A DNA stretch of 64,000 nt from Bdellovibrionales bacterium. Lineage in GTDB: Bacteria; Bdellovibrionota; Bdellovibrionia; Bdellovibrionales; UBA1609. Numbering within the stretch: the stretch's first letter is position 1; each line of letters opens with the position of its first letter. This document shows, one piece after another, positions 38,075-48,632 of the stretch. Below the pieces are notes generated by a model. The model saw only the letters and a list, made by a program, of their open reading frames with translations, made no database searches and had not been told where the DNA came from. The stretch lies in assembly GCA_965203095.1 (NCBI GenBank), contig OZ241877.1:480001-544000 (forward strand), read 5' to 3'. The translations under genes were made by a program, and so were the position numbers.

Positions 38075-40423
38075 ATGAAACTCAATATAAAAAAAACCGT
38101 ATTTTTATTTCCCCTTATTTTGATGGGGATCGGGGGCTTATCTTTTTGGGCTAGTAATGCCAACAATAACAGCAATCCCTTTGGATCTGGAGGTAGTGAT
38201 CACTCTCCCACAACAAGTAGTCGTAATATAAGCAATCAATACCAAAGTTTTGTGGATACAGAGTTGAGCGAACATTTTGGTCAAATTGCCCATCCTCAAG
38301 CGGGGCGATCCAGTTATTATTTTAATGCTCACCTTCCGGCAAGTGTGGCCTTTCAAAAAGCTTGCCCAAATAATTACAATTCTTTTAGAACAGCTATGTT
38401 GAATTACAATAAGGCAAGATCTGTGGAGAACCAAAAAACATCGGAGCGAAGCATCCGCAATTCCAGAAACAGCTGTGCTGGAACTATTTTTGATAGTTTC
38501 AACAATATTTATCAGTTGGCAATGAGTCCCTCTATCCAAAGGTTTAAATCTGTTTCTGAAGTGCGAGCAGATATGACAGCTCCATCAGCTCTTCAAAATT
38601 TATGGCCACCTTTTTCAGAATGGGATAAATTTTATGCTGAATGTGTCGAAAAAGCCCAGGGAGCCTTTTATGGGCATGGAAGAACAAGCCGTTATCCAGG
38701 CCAAGCCTCACTTCGTGACTTCGGTTCCAAATTATCCGAGTTAAAACAAGCCGGCTGTTTTGAACAGCAAGAAAAATTCACATCCTTTTTTGAATCTTTA
38801 GATGAATTGTATAAAAAAGCAGAACAATCCTGCCGGGACCCTCAAAGACCTTGTATCGCTACTCTATCATCTAAAATAAATCTCAATTCAGAAAACTCTT
38901 TATTTAAAACCTGCCTATCTCAAACAAAAGAGGTGGAGAGTTGTTGTGCTGGGGCGGGTTGTGAGTATTTTTCCAATGAGGAAGTGATGAGTAAATACAA
39001 CTCCCAAGTCCAACCTTTTTTATCCACTGGAAACAATACTGCGGGAAACACTGCTGGCAGTGGTAATATGTGCCAAGCAAATAGCCCTGCATTTCAAAGG
39101 TCAAAGTCTGGTATTTTGTCTCAGTTAAATGATATATGCAAGGATTCTACCGATAAATGTGCTGAAAACTGTTTGTCCGAGTTAGAAGATTTTAAAAGAG
39201 ATTTTCTTTCTTGTTTTGCCCTTCATAGTGTGGAGGCTATGGCTATGCACGAAGGAGAGCTTGTAAGTAGCTCTGGGAGAGCTTATCAACAAAGTAGCTC
39301 CCAGTGTGAACAACCTTTAAAAAAACTGAGGCTTGAGTTCAGTAAGGCAGTGGCACAAGTTTGGCCTTTGTCTGATAGGAAGGATATTAGCTTGGCCCTA
39401 TCATCAGAGGCTTTGTCATCGTCAAAAAGTCCTTTTTTGTCGGCTTGTGATAAACCCTATAATGATTTAAAAACTTCAGAGTCTATGAGGTTAGCTAAGG
39501 TGGGTGGTATATTCCAGCAATCTTGTTCGGCCTTAGGGGGAGGTTCTTTTACTCAGGCCAATAATCTTCCTACTTCTACTACTCCAGGTTCTTCAGGAGG
39601 AGAGGATACTTCTTCAGGAACGGATAATTCTAATAACAGATATCCGAGTTCAGTTTCTGCTTCAGGTGCTTTGCCTTCTGGTCCTGTTGTTCAGGAGAAT
39701 ACTGTTGAGGGTTCTAATAGTAAAGAGCATGATGAGGAGATTGCTTTATTGTTGGAAGAAGGGGTTTTAACAGAGGAGCAACTTAAGATTTATCATCCGG
39801 AGGATATTAAGAATATTAAGGAGTATGCTCGAGAGCAAAGGGCTAAGAGGTTTGATCCTTTAGGTGGTTGGGCTCAAGGGACGAGGAGTGTGAATCCTTT
39901 GGTTAAGGGGGCTACGGCTCGGAGGCTTGAGAGGCAAGCGAAGGAGCGGAGGAGAAGAATAGCGAATGAGAATATATCGGAGAAGTTTAACAGGTGGATA
40001 GATGAGGCTCCTGATAGGATTGAGGATTTTAAGAGTGCGATTTCTGCGGCGAAGGAGAAGGCAGTGGAGCGTCGTGATGATGTTTGGAGGTTTGTGGATC
40101 GGACTTATGAGGATGTGACCGGTGGTAAGGAGTTTCCTTTTCCTCCACCTTTGAGGTTGAGGGATTGTATTCCTATGAACATTCAGCCAAAGGCGAATAT
40201 ATTGACATTACATGAGTATTTGGTGAGGGAGGTGGTTTGTAAGAGGAAGCTTGTTGAGTGTAGGAAGGATTTGCCGGAGGTGGATTGGGAGGCCAGAGGT
40301 TTGGATTTAAGCAAGCTTAAGGAACACACTCCGTTTAAGATTACGGATCGCCGTTGTCCTAATTACAAGGAGGAGTTAAGAGATGTGGATAGAATGTCTA
40401 TCGACCCTGTTCAAGATGAATAA
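38075..40423 (+). CDS. Large secreted Cys-rich hypothetical protein
   Basis: ATG after GGAGG at 38075, signal peptide, many Cys, Ser/Thr linker, charged C-terminal domain. Confidence 0.82.
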   Translation: MKLNIKKTVFLFPLILMGIGGLSFWASNANNNSNPFGSGGSDHSPTTSSRNISNQYQSFVDTELSEHFGQIAHPQAGRSSYYFNAHLPASVAFQKACPNNYNSFRTAMLNYNKARSVENQKTSERSIRNSRNSCAGTIFDSFNNIYQLAMSPSIQRFKSVSEVRADMTAPSALQNLWPPFSEWDKFYAECVEKAQGAFYGHGRTSRYPGQASLRDFGSKLSELKQAGCFEQQEKFTSFFESLDELYKKAEQSCRDPQRPCIATLSSKINLNSENSLFKTCLSQTKEVESCCAGAGCEYFSNEEVMSKYNSQVQPFLSTGNNTAGNTAGSGNMCQANSPAFQRSKSGILSQLNDICKDSTDKCAENCLSELEDFKRDFLSCFALHSVEAMAMHEGELVSSSGRAYQQSSSQCEQPLKKLRLEFSKAVAQVWPLSDRKDISLALSSEALSSSKSPFLSACDKPYNDLKTSESMRLAKVGGIFQQSCSALGGGSFTQANNLPTSTTPGSSGGEDTSSGTDNSNNRYPSSVSASGALPSGPVVQENTVEGSNSKEHDEEIALLLEEGVLTEEQLKIYHPEDIKNIKEYAREQRAKRFDPLGGWAQGTRSVNPLVKGATARRLERQAKERRRRIANENISEKFNRWIDEAPDRIEDFKSAISAAKEKAVERRDDVWRFVDRTYEDVTGGKEFPFPPPLRLRDCIPMNIQPKANILTLHEYLVREVVCKRKLVECRKDLPEVDWEARGLDLSKLKEHTPFKITDRRCPNYKEELRDVDRMSIDPVQDE

Positions 40424-40521
40424 ACTTAAAAGTATTTATCAATAAAATCATAAACTAATGAACTTAAGAAATAAATTGAAAAGTCCTTTTTGGAAACACC
40501 ACTTATCTTTAAATTAAAATC

Positions 40522-41178
40522 ATGGTCCAAATTAAACTTTTTGGCCTCAGTTCGCAAGGGCTTCCCATTATCAGTTATGAGTGGGGGTCTCAAGGCCCTG
40601 TAATTCTCATCTTAGGAGGAGTTCACGGGGATGAACCAGAGGGAAATTACATTGCCTTGGGTCTTTTAAAAAAATGGCTGGTAAAATTCCCTTATAAACT
40701 ACGCGTTCATCTTGTTCCCTGTTTTAATGTGGAGGGTTCTCTTTTGGCCCAAAGGACAAATGCCAATGCAGTGGATTTGAATCGCAATCTTCCAACAAAA
40801 AATTGGACCAATAAATACGAAAAAAAAAGATACTGCCCCGGCCCTAAAGCCAATAGCGAAACAGAAAACCAAGCACTGGTAAAATGGCTGAACCAAAAAT
40901 CACCTCAACTTATTATTTCCCTTCACTCATGGAATCCAATGATCAACACTAACGGAGACTGTCAACCAGAGGCAGGAATTTTGGCTCAAGCTACAGGATA
41001 CAAACTAACGGATGATATTGGCTACCCCACTCCGGGAAGTTTGGGAGACTACTGCGGGAAAGAAAAAGACATTCCCGTCATCACTTATGAGGCCGAACGG
41101 GGAGGGACTATCAAAGAGGCTCTGCAATTTCATGTTCCCGCTATTGAAAAGGCCCTTTTCGCCAGTGAAAACCGCTAA
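40522..41178 (+). CDS. M14 zinc carboxypeptidase / murein peptide amidase MpaA-like
   Basis: GGVHGDE, NANAVDLNRN, ISLHSW, GYPTPGSLG, ITYE. Confidence 0.88.
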   Translation: MVQIKLFGLSSQGLPIISYEWGSQGPVILILGGVHGDEPEGNYIALGLLKKWLVKFPYKLRVHLVPCFNVEGSLLAQRTNANAVDLNRNLPTKNWTNKYEKKRYCPGPKANSETENQALVKWLNQKSPQLIISLHSWNPMINTNGDCQPEAGILAQATGYKLTDDIGYPTPGSLGDYCGKEKDIPVITYEAERGGTIKEALQFHVPAIEKALFASENR

Positions 41179-41974
41179 GCCCCCTTTTTTTGTGAGCATC
41201 CCTCATAGTGGGACTCAAATTCCCTTAGAGGCCAAATGGCTAAAAAATATTTCTCCATCTATTTTGATGAGTGATGTAGATCGTTTTGTGGATGATCTTT
41301 ACCACCCGGCATTGTCAGCATTTAAAATCCCTTCTGTTATTTTTAAATGGCATCGCTACGCTTTAGATGCCAATCGCTTGGCAACAGATATATCCCCTTT
41401 AACCGTTAAAGGAGCTCAACAAAAACCAAAAAATTCTAAGGAAAAAAGCCCTTCCGATATTCATTGGCACAAAAGCTCTAAAGGAGATCTTTTGATAACT
41501 GATCCTTTGCCTAAGGAGTTGAGCCTCCGTTTGATTCAAAATTATTTTGAGCCTTTTCATCAAAAAATTCAGCAGATGATAGATCGTTTAAAATCAACTA
41601 AGGCTAAGGTGTATCTTTTAGACCTGCACAGCATGCCCTCTAAGGGTTTAGCTTTTCATAGAGATCCTGGGGAACGGAGAAAACAAATTGTGATTGGAGA
41701 CCGCAACAACCATTCCTGCTCTTCATCTTTTAGAGATTTAATTATTACTGCTTATGAACAAGCAGGGTTTGAACTGTCCCTCAACTGGCCTTATAAGGGT
41801 GGGGCGATCACTCAAAAATATGGCCGTCCGGATAAAGGGCAAGAAGTTTTACAAGTGGAGTTGAATCGCCAGCTTTATATGGATGAAAAAAGCGGGAAAA
41901 AAAGCCCTCACTACCAACAAGTCCAAAATCAATTAAAACAGGCCATAGCTTTTATTTTTCAAAACTTGAAATAA
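41165..41974 (+). CDS. N-formylglutamate amidohydrolase family protein
   Basis: SIPHSG, DRFVDDLY, DANR, DLHSMPS, NWPYKGG, QVELNR; GTG start inferred. Confidence 0.9.
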   Translation: MKTAKPPFFVSIPHSGTQIPLEAKWLKNISPSILMSDVDRFVDDLYHPALSAFKIPSVIFKWHRYALDANRLATDISPLTVKGAQQKPKNSKEKSPSDIHWHKSSKGDLLITDPLPKELSLRLIQNYFEPFHQKIQQMIDRLKSTKAKVYLLDLHSMPSKGLAFHRDPGERRKQIVIGDRNNHSCSSSFRDLIITAYEQAGFELSLNWPYKGGAITQKYGRPDKGQEVLQVELNRQLYMDEKSGKKSPHYQQVQNQLKQAIAFIFQNLK

Positions 41975-42201
41975 AATCCCATTCAAACTTATTAAAATGG
42001 CTGGAATAGGCCAAAATCCCTGTTAAAAAATAAACCAACAGAGTTTTTATGCAGAGCGTAATTCCCCACCAACAAATAAAACGCAGTGCGACAAAATCCT
42101 TTAAAAAAAGATAGAAATCACTTTATCCCTTGACAATCCTTTTTCCTTCCCTTTAGTTTGAGCTTGGTTTTTTTAAAAAAAGAAGAATAAGGAGTTGTAT
42201 C

Positions 42202-42672
42202 ATGATGGGAGTTAACAAAGTCACATTGTTAGGGAACTTAGGGGCTGACCCTGAAGCAAAAAAAACAGCCTCTGGGCAAAGCATTACACTTTTCAACATG
42301 GCCACCAGCAATTTTTGGACTAACCGGGAAGGGCAAAGGCAGGAACATACAGAGTGGCATCGTATTGTGGTTTGGGGCAAACTGGCTGAAACATGTGCAG
42401 AATATCTTTTTAAGGGGAAAAAGGTTTATGTTGAGGGCCGATTGCAAACCCGCTCTTGGGAAGACGAGAAAAACCAAAAAAGATATATGACGGAAATTGT
42501 GGCCTCTCAAGTCCTATTCCTTGGCGGAAGTCAGGAGAGAAACCAAGACAGATCTTATGACAAAAACAGAGAATCTTCCCCTTACAATAAAGAGCCTGCT
42601 TTTGGAGAATCTTCTTCTGATAAAACTGATAATGATGAAAAAACAGCTCCAAATGATGACATTCCTTTTTAA
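42202..42672 (+). CDS. ssb: Single-stranded DNA-binding protein
   Basis: NKVTLLGNLGADPE, TEWHRIV, VEGRLQTRSW, C-terminal DDIPF. Confidence 0.97.
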   Translation: MMGVNKVTLLGNLGADPEAKKTASGQSITLFNMATSNFWTNREGQRQEHTEWHRIVVWGKLAETCAEYLFKGKKVYVEGRLQTRSWEDEKNQKRYMTEIVASQVLFLGGSQERNQDRSYDKNRESSPYNKEPAFGESSSDKTDNDEKTAPNDDIPF

Positions 42673-42869
42673 TTGATTTGTGGAATTTTTTTAATATCAG
42701 TCAAGATTTAAGTTTTCGCAAAATCTTCCTTCACAGCATCAAATATTTTCAACCTCAGAGAGTGAAGCCTTATCTTTTAACCAAAGATATGATATCTAAG
42801 ATAAAATGGAAATATACCCTCTACAACATTAAAACAAGACAACTGAATTTATGGAGGAAACCTAATAAA

Positions 42870-44282
42870 ATGAAAATAAAATCGCCTAAAACTTCTAAAA
42901 CTTCAAGCCAAAACAGTATACAAAGTTTAAAGGCTATTTTGGATCCTCAGCAAATCAGTGAAGATCCTCAAGATATTGCTCAATACGGGAAGGACTGGCT
43001 CAAACAATGGAAGGGCCGGGGTTCTGCTGTGCTTTTTCCAAAAAAAACTCAAGATATTATTCGTATTGTCCAGTGGGCCAGAGAACATAAATGCCCACTC
43101 GTCCCTTCTGGAGGTCGAACCGGTTTGAGTGGAGGGGCAGTGGCCATTAAAAAAGAGTTTGTGGTCTCTTTTGATAAAATGAATCGGATTTTGGATTTTA
43201 ACCCTTTTGAACAAACTGTCTGTGTGGAATCGGGTTGTGTCACACAAAAAATTCAAGACTTTGCGAGAGAGAAAGGACTTTTTTTTCCCATATCTTTTGC
43301 TTCCGAAGGCTCTTCACAAATTGGAGGCAACATTGCAACCAATGTGGGAGGGGTTCATGTCATTCGCTATGGGAATATGAGAAATCGCGTTTTAGGTATT
43401 GAGGTGGTCACCGGCCGAGGGGAACTTTTAAAGTTAGGACGAGGGCTAATTAAAAATGCCGTGGGCTATAGTTTAAAAGATCTTTTTATTGGGAGTGAAG
43501 GCCTTTTGGGCTTTATTACAAAAGCGGTTTTATCTCTCATCCCAGCTCCAGAATCCTCTTTTGTTTTTTTAGTCGTTTTGGACAAGCCAGAAGATCTGTT
43601 AGCTCTGTTTCAAAAATTTAAGGAGAAAACTCAGCCATTGGCCTTTGAGTTTTGGACTGAAACAGCCTTAAAACATGTTTTGTCTCATGGGATGAACTAT
43701 CCTCTTTCTCAAAGAGGGCTTTTTTACACCTTAATTGAAGTGGAGAAAAAAGATCGGGAAAAAGCTCTCTTTATTTTTGAGCAAGCCCTTGAAAAAGGAA
43801 TTGTCAAAGACGGAACTTTAAGCCAAAACCCTACTCAATCCAAAGAGCTTTGGAAGTTGAGGGAGAGCATTAGTGAATCTATATCCTCATTTTGCCCTTA
43901 TAAAAATGACATTAGTGTTCGCCTCTCTCAACTATTGGATTTTTTAAAAGATCTGGAAAAACTTTTAAATAAAAAATACCCGGATTTTGAAGTAGTCCTC
44001 TTTGGTCATCTTGGAGATGGCAACCTGCATATCAATATTTTACAGCCAAAAAATTTATCGCACGAAAATTTTTTAAACCAATGCGAACAAGTGAATGACT
44101 TTTTGTTTGAGTTGGTCGGGAAATACCAAGGATCCATTTCCGCAGAGCATGGTGTGGGCTTACTTAAAAAACCTTATCTTAAATACTCCCGATCTTCAGA
44201 AGAGATAACCATTATGAAAGAGATTAAAAAAGTTTTTGATCCCGATAATATTTTAAACCCTGGAAAAATGTTTGATCTTTAA
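42870..44282 (+). CDS. FAD-binding oxidoreductase (D-2-hydroxyacid dehydrogenase / GlcD-like)
   Basis: GGRTGLSGG, GSEGLLGFIT, GHLGDGNLH, SAEHGVG, DPDNILNPGK; ATG at 42870 after GGAGG. Confidence 0.92.
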   Translation: MKIKSPKTSKTSSQNSIQSLKAILDPQQISEDPQDIAQYGKDWLKQWKGRGSAVLFPKKTQDIIRIVQWAREHKCPLVPSGGRTGLSGGAVAIKKEFVVSFDKMNRILDFNPFEQTVCVESGCVTQKIQDFAREKGLFFPISFASEGSSQIGGNIATNVGGVHVIRYGNMRNRVLGIEVVTGRGELLKLGRGLIKNAVGYSLKDLFIGSEGLLGFITKAVLSLIPAPESSFVFLVVLDKPEDLLALFQKFKEKTQPLAFEFWTETALKHVLSHGMNYPLSQRGLFYTLIEVEKKDREKALFIFEQALEKGIVKDGTLSQNPTQSKELWKLRESISESISSFCPYKNDISVRLSQLLDFLKDLEKLLNKKYPDFEVVLFGHLGDGNLHINILQPKNLSHENFLNQCEQVNDFLFELVGKYQGSISAEHGVGLLKKPYLKYSRSSEEITIMKEIKKVFDPDNILNPGKMFDL

Positions 44283-44293
44283 ATCTTTTTTTG

Positions 44294-44408
44294 CAAATAC
44301 TACTGTCATTCCAAATACTACTGTCATTCCCGTAAAAACGGGAATCCATATATCTTGTTTTGCGAGGAAAAAAGGGATTCCTGGATTCCCGCTCAAGGCG
44401 AGAATAAC
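44294..44408. repeat. REP/dRS3-like inverted doublet (family C) with an 18-bp tandem duplication
   Basis: GTCATTCCCGTAAAAACGGGAATCC plus inverted GGATTCCCGCTCAAGGCGAGAATAAC; CAAATACTACTGTCATTC x2. Confidence 0.8.
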
Positions 44409-45124
44409 TCTTTTAAAAATTGAATCATCTCCTCCCAGGAGGCTTTGTCGGCCTCTTCATTATAAGCTAAGGGGAGTTTAAACTTTTTTCCATTTTCTGT
44501 CGCTTGAGGATTAGTGAACCCATGAAGAGCATGAGGATAGTTTACAAAGCGATAGTCCGCTTGAGCCTGATCCATTTCCTCCTTAAACTTTTGAATTTGC
44601 TCTTTAGAAACAAAAGAGTCGGCCTCGCCATTAAGAACAAGTATCCGGGCAGAAATGTTTTTTTTAGCTAAAGAACTATCCCTCTCTAAGCCACCATGAA
44701 AGCTCACAAGCCCTTGAATATCTAACCCCGCACGGGCCATGTTTAAAGAAAGAGTCCCCCCCATACAATAACCCAAAGCAACGGTTTGACTTTTAATTAT
44801 TGATTTTAAACTTTTCATTTCATTTAAAAAATGATTTAATTTTTTTAATGTGGAATCCATGTTGGAAAAAAGCTTTTGCATAGCCGTTCCTGCTGAATCC
44901 GCCTCCTCAGTTGTCCAACCCTCCCCGTAAAGATCCGGGGCCATCACAATATAGCCCTCTTTTGCCAGTTGTTTGGCCTTATTTTTAATATTTTCTGTAA
45001 GACCCCAAAACTCATGAAGCATTAAAACCCCCGGATAAGACCCTGCACCCATAGGCTGAGCCAAAAAGGATTTTGACATTTTATCCCCTTGTTTTATATG
45101 AAAATTAGCTGTTCTCCATGACAT
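44393..45124 (-). CDS. Dienelactone hydrolase family protein
   Basis: HEFWG, APDLYG, GYCMGG, SFHG, HGFTNP. Confidence 0.93.
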   Translation of the reverse strand: MSWRTANFHIKQGDKMSKSFLAQPMGAGSYPGVLMLHEFWGLTENIKNKAKQLAKEGYIVMAPDLYGEGWTTEEADSAGTAMQKLFSNMDSTLKKLNHFLNEMKSLKSIIKSQTVALGYCMGGTLSLNMARAGLDIQGLVSFHGGLERDSSLAKKNISARILVLNGEADSFVSKEQIQKFKEEMDQAQADYRFVNYPHALHGFTNPQATENGKKFKLPLAYNEEADKASWEEMIQFLKELFSP

Positions 45125-45432
45125 TTTCCCCTCCTGTAATTTTTCCTCTTTATATATTGTTCTCTCACATATTGCAACAACATAATTAACTTTTCAAAGC
45201 TTGCCTCCGTTTACAGAGCTTTTTTCCAGTAAAAACCTACAAAAATCCCCTGAACGGCACCCCCTTCAATAAAAGATTGACTTATGCTCAAAAAAAAGGT
45301 CCAATAGGCATTGTGTTAGATTTTTTGCAAGAATTGGCTTTTATTAAACAAACCCTTATCAAACAAAAAGTTGTTTTTTAACGGGGTTTTTTGGACACAT
45401 ACAAAAATATATAAAAATATTCTATAATAAAA

Positions 45433-46662
45433 ATGTCTAAAACTCTATTAAAAAATTTAAGAAAAAGATTCCCACAAATTGCCTTTATGGATCACCAGGG
45501 AGAAATTTACTTAGACAGTGCTTCCACCACTTTAAAAATGGATTTAGTTTTAAGTGTTTTGCAAGATATTTACACCACTTCTGTATCCAATGTTCATAGG
45601 GGAGATCATGAACTGAGCCTGAAAGCTACAGAGAGGTATGAAAAGGCTCGCTCCTCAGTAGCCAAGTTTATAGGGGCTGTAGCTCCTTCTGAAATTATTT
45701 TTACAAGAAACTCCACAGAGGGTCTTAATCTTCTGGCGGAAAGCTTAAGCGAAAGTTTGCACCCTGGGGATGAAATCCTTGTAAGTGCTATGGAGCATCA
45801 CTCCAACTTCCTCCCTTGGCAAAGCCTATCTCAAAGACTCAATGTCCAGCTGAAAATAGCCCCTGTAGATCAACAAGGAGCTTTAGACTGGCCTATTTTT
45901 AAAAAACTACTGAGTCGGAAAACAAAAATTTTATCCCTCAGCCATGTTTCCAATGTGACGGGGTTAATAAACCCTTTAGAAAAGATCATTCCCTTAGCAC
46001 GAAAGCAGAGTCAGGCAAAAATAATTATTGACTCGGCTCAATCCGCCTCTTTTTTGCCTATTGATGTTAAAAAAATGGACTGTGATTTTTTGGTTTTTTC
46101 AGGGCATAAGATTTTTTCTCCCGCAGGCATTGGTGTTCTTTATGGTAAAAGCTCTTGTTTAAAAAATCTGCCCCCTTATCAAAAAGGAGGAGGGGCTATT
46201 TTTAAAGTGACAGCAAAAAAAACGGATTGGGCCAACATTCCCTATAAGTTTGAGGCCGGCACCCCTTTTATTGAAGGGGCATGTGCTTTAGCTGAAGTCC
46301 TGTCTTTTTTAAAAAAAGGGGCCGGATTTGAAAATTTTTTTAAATGGGAAAGAGATCTGCTCTCTCAAGCAGAAGAGGCTTTATCCCAGATCCCTGGCCT
46401 TTACATTGTGGGGCCAAAAAACAATCGATCCAATATTTTGTCTTTTACTGTTGCAGGCATTCCCTCTCCGGATCTGTCCTTTATTTTAGCAAAACAAAAG
46501 CTGGCTCTTAGAGCAGGCCATCACTGTTGCATGCCATTAATGGATTCTTTAGGCTTAAAGTCCGGAACTGTAAGGGCCTCCTTTTCCATCTACAATCGGG
46601 AAGAGGATATTCAAGCTTTAAAAAAAGGAGTCATAAAAGCTTTGGAAATTTTAAGATCTTAA
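45433..46662 (+). CDS. sufS: SufS-type cysteine desulfurase
   Basis: YLDSAST, EHHSN, FSGHK, FEAGTP, RAGHHC. Confidence 0.9.
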   Translation: MSKTLLKNLRKRFPQIAFMDHQGEIYLDSASTTLKMDLVLSVLQDIYTTSVSNVHRGDHELSLKATERYEKARSSVAKFIGAVAPSEIIFTRNSTEGLNLLAESLSESLHPGDEILVSAMEHHSNFLPWQSLSQRLNVQLKIAPVDQQGALDWPIFKKLLSRKTKILSLSHVSNVTGLINPLEKIIPLARKQSQAKIIIDSAQSASFLPIDVKKMDCDFLVFSGHKIFSPAGIGVLYGKSSCLKNLPPYQKGGGAIFKVTAKKTDWANIPYKFEAGTPFIEGACALAEVLSFLKKGAGFENFFKWERDLLSQAEEALSQIPGLYIVGPKNNRSNILSFTVAGIPSPDLSFILAKQKLALRAGHHCCMPLMDSLGLKSGTVRASFSIYNREEDIQALKKGVIKALEILRS

Positions 46663-46758
46663 GCCTCAAAAATTTAAATAAAGCTTTTCAAAATCATTTT
46701 TTGTGCTATACTGGCTAAAGCTATTGTAAGGGAGAGCACAAAAATCAGGAGGATAATA

Positions 46759-47340
46759 TTGAGTAAAACCAGCCTTTCTTCAAAAGATATTTTGGTTCGT
46801 GTGTTAAAGACACCTAACCCTTTGGCCATAAAATTGGTCATGAATTTCCCTGTGAAAAGGGAGGGAAAAGCCTCTTTTACAAAAAAAGAACAGCTTTCCC
46901 ACATTCCTCTGCTTTTAAACCTTTTTAACATTCCGGGGATCCAACAAATTCATGTATTTGAGAATCAAATCAGTTTGAGCCATGAGGGAGGAGTGAGTTT
47001 TGAAGAGATAGGGGAACAGGCAGAAAAAATCATAAAACATTTTGGGGCGAGTCATAATGCGGATTTTCCCTCCCCTACGGAGGAAAAGAAAAAAAGCTCC
47101 AGCTCACTCTCTAAAATCCATCGTTTAGCGGAAGAGGTTTTGGATCGAAGTATTCGCCCGGGCCTTCAAGCCGATGGCGGAGATCTGGAAATTGTATCTT
47201 TTAAAGGCAATAGGGTGGAAATAGCCTACCAAGGAGCTTGTGGTGGTTGCCCCAGCTCTTATATGGGGACTTTAGACGCTATTGAAAACATACTTCGCTA
47301 TGAGTTGAAAAATGATAAAATAGAAGTCTACCCTGTGTAG
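46759..47340 (+). CDS. NifU/NfuA-family Fe-S carrier
   Basis: TPNP N-terminal domain, IRPGLQADGGD, GACGGCPSS. Confidence 0.92.
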   Translation: MSKTSLSSKDILVRVLKTPNPLAIKLVMNFPVKREGKASFTKKEQLSHIPLLLNLFNIPGIQQIHVFENQISLSHEGGVSFEEIGEQAEKIIKHFGASHNADFPSPTEEKKKSSSSLSKIHRLAEEVLDRSIRPGLQADGGDLEIVSFKGNRVEIAYQGACGGCPSSYMGTLDAIENILRYELKNDKIEVYPV

Positions 47341-47371
47341 GGTTATTTATACTTCTCATAAAATTAAAGTT

Positions 47372-48079
47372 ATGAACTTGTTTTCCTCTAAACCATGGTT
47401 TTCTGATCCGCGAGTGCAAGCTTTTTTAAACAAGATTCTATTTGTCAAAAAAACAATAGAGCCTTCCCATTTTTATTTAAGGACTGCTTTTTTTATCCTT
47501 CTTGTAGTATGGGGATTGAGCTTTTTTGACGAAAACGATTTTGAGAAAAATCCTTACGGGGCTATGGACTCCTTTTGGCATCGTATCCATTTGCCTTTTC
47601 ATGAGGCTGGGCATTTGATTTTTAATTGGGGTGAATTTATGAATGCTTTTGGCGGGACCCTCATGCAATGCCTTGTTCCTATAGTGATTATGGTTTATTT
47701 TATCCGGCAGAAGGATAATTTTTCCGCCTCTTTTGGCTTGTGGTGGTTAGGCCAAAGCCTTTTAGATATTGCCCCTTACATTTACGATGCTCATGATCAA
47801 AAATTGATTCTTCTTGGAGGAGGCACAGGAAGAGATATGCCAGGTTCGCATGATTGGCATTATCTTTTGAGTGCGATCAATCGTTTAGATAGCTATGCTC
47901 AGCTGGCCTCTTCTACGGTCCGGATGGGAAAGCTCATCCTTTGCCTTTCTTTTATATGGGGCGGGATCGTTTTATATAGGCAATTCCTCATACTAAAAGA
48001 TCAGAGATTTAAAAAACCCTTAGAGGGGGAAGAGGAGCACTCTCAAGCAGGATTTTTCAAACAAAATTGGTATAAATAG
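47372..48079 (+). CDS. Membrane protein with HEXXH (M50-like zinc peptidase)
   Basis: PFHEAGH, FGGTLMQ, HDW, several TM helices. Confidence 0.7.
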   Translation: MNLFSSKPWFSDPRVQAFLNKILFVKKTIEPSHFYLRTAFFILLVVWGLSFFDENDFEKNPYGAMDSFWHRIHLPFHEAGHLIFNWGEFMNAFGGTLMQCLVPIVIMVYFIRQKDNFSASFGLWWLGQSLLDIAPYIYDAHDQKLILLGGGTGRDMPGSHDWHYLLSAINRLDSYAQLASSTVRMGKLILCLSFIWGGIVLYRQFLILKDQRFKKPLEGEEEHSQAGFFKQNWYK

Positions 48080-48085
48080 TCGCCC

Positions 48086-48613
48086 ATGAAAAAAAATTAC
48101 AATACCCCTTTACAACAAATGTATTTATCTGAAGTTTTAGGTGTAAGCCATTACCTTTGTCCGGAAGATATTTATTCGCTCCGATCTTTAAAAGGTCCTC
48201 TTCCCTGCTCTGTTCTCATCGTGTTGTTTCAAACCAGTTCTCCTTCTCAAAAAAAATTACTTAAAAAAATTATGGCGAGCATAAATGTTTTTGAATACAG
48301 TTTGCTGGAAATAAAAAATGACGCGGTTTTAAGTTTATTGTTCTCTAAAAAATGGGCAGACTTTATATGTTTTTTTGGAGGAAAAGACTTAATTAAAGAG
48401 GGTTTTTTAATTAAAAAAAATAACCAGCTACTTTTAGCTAATCAAAATAAGATAGAAGCAGAATTAAAAAAACCTACTTCTTTTTTACAAGTTTGTGCCT
48501 TAGAGGAGTTGGAGGGAGTGGGCACAGAAGTTAATAAAAACAAACACAAAACCTGGACCTTGCTGAAACAATGTCGACAAAATTTTTCCAAAAAAACAAT
48601 TCTATATTATTAA
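48086..48613 (+). CDS. Hypothetical protein
   Basis: 175-aa ORF in operon orientation. Confidence 0.6.
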   Translation: MKKNYNTPLQQMYLSEVLGVSHYLCPEDIYSLRSLKGPLPCSVLIVLFQTSSPSQKKLLKKIMASINVFEYSLLEIKNDAVLSLLFSKKWADFICFFGGKDLIKEGFLIKKNNQLLLANQNKIEAELKKPTSFLQVCALEELEGVGTEVNKNKHKTWTLLKQCRQNFSKKTILYY

Positions 48614-48632
48614 GAGCTGATCTCCGATAAAA

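Noticed and set aside
44272..44481. 69-aa ORF containing TTVIPNTTVIPVKTGI
   Set aside because: Translation of the REP-like repeat and its tandem duplication; overlaps a real gene on the other strand.
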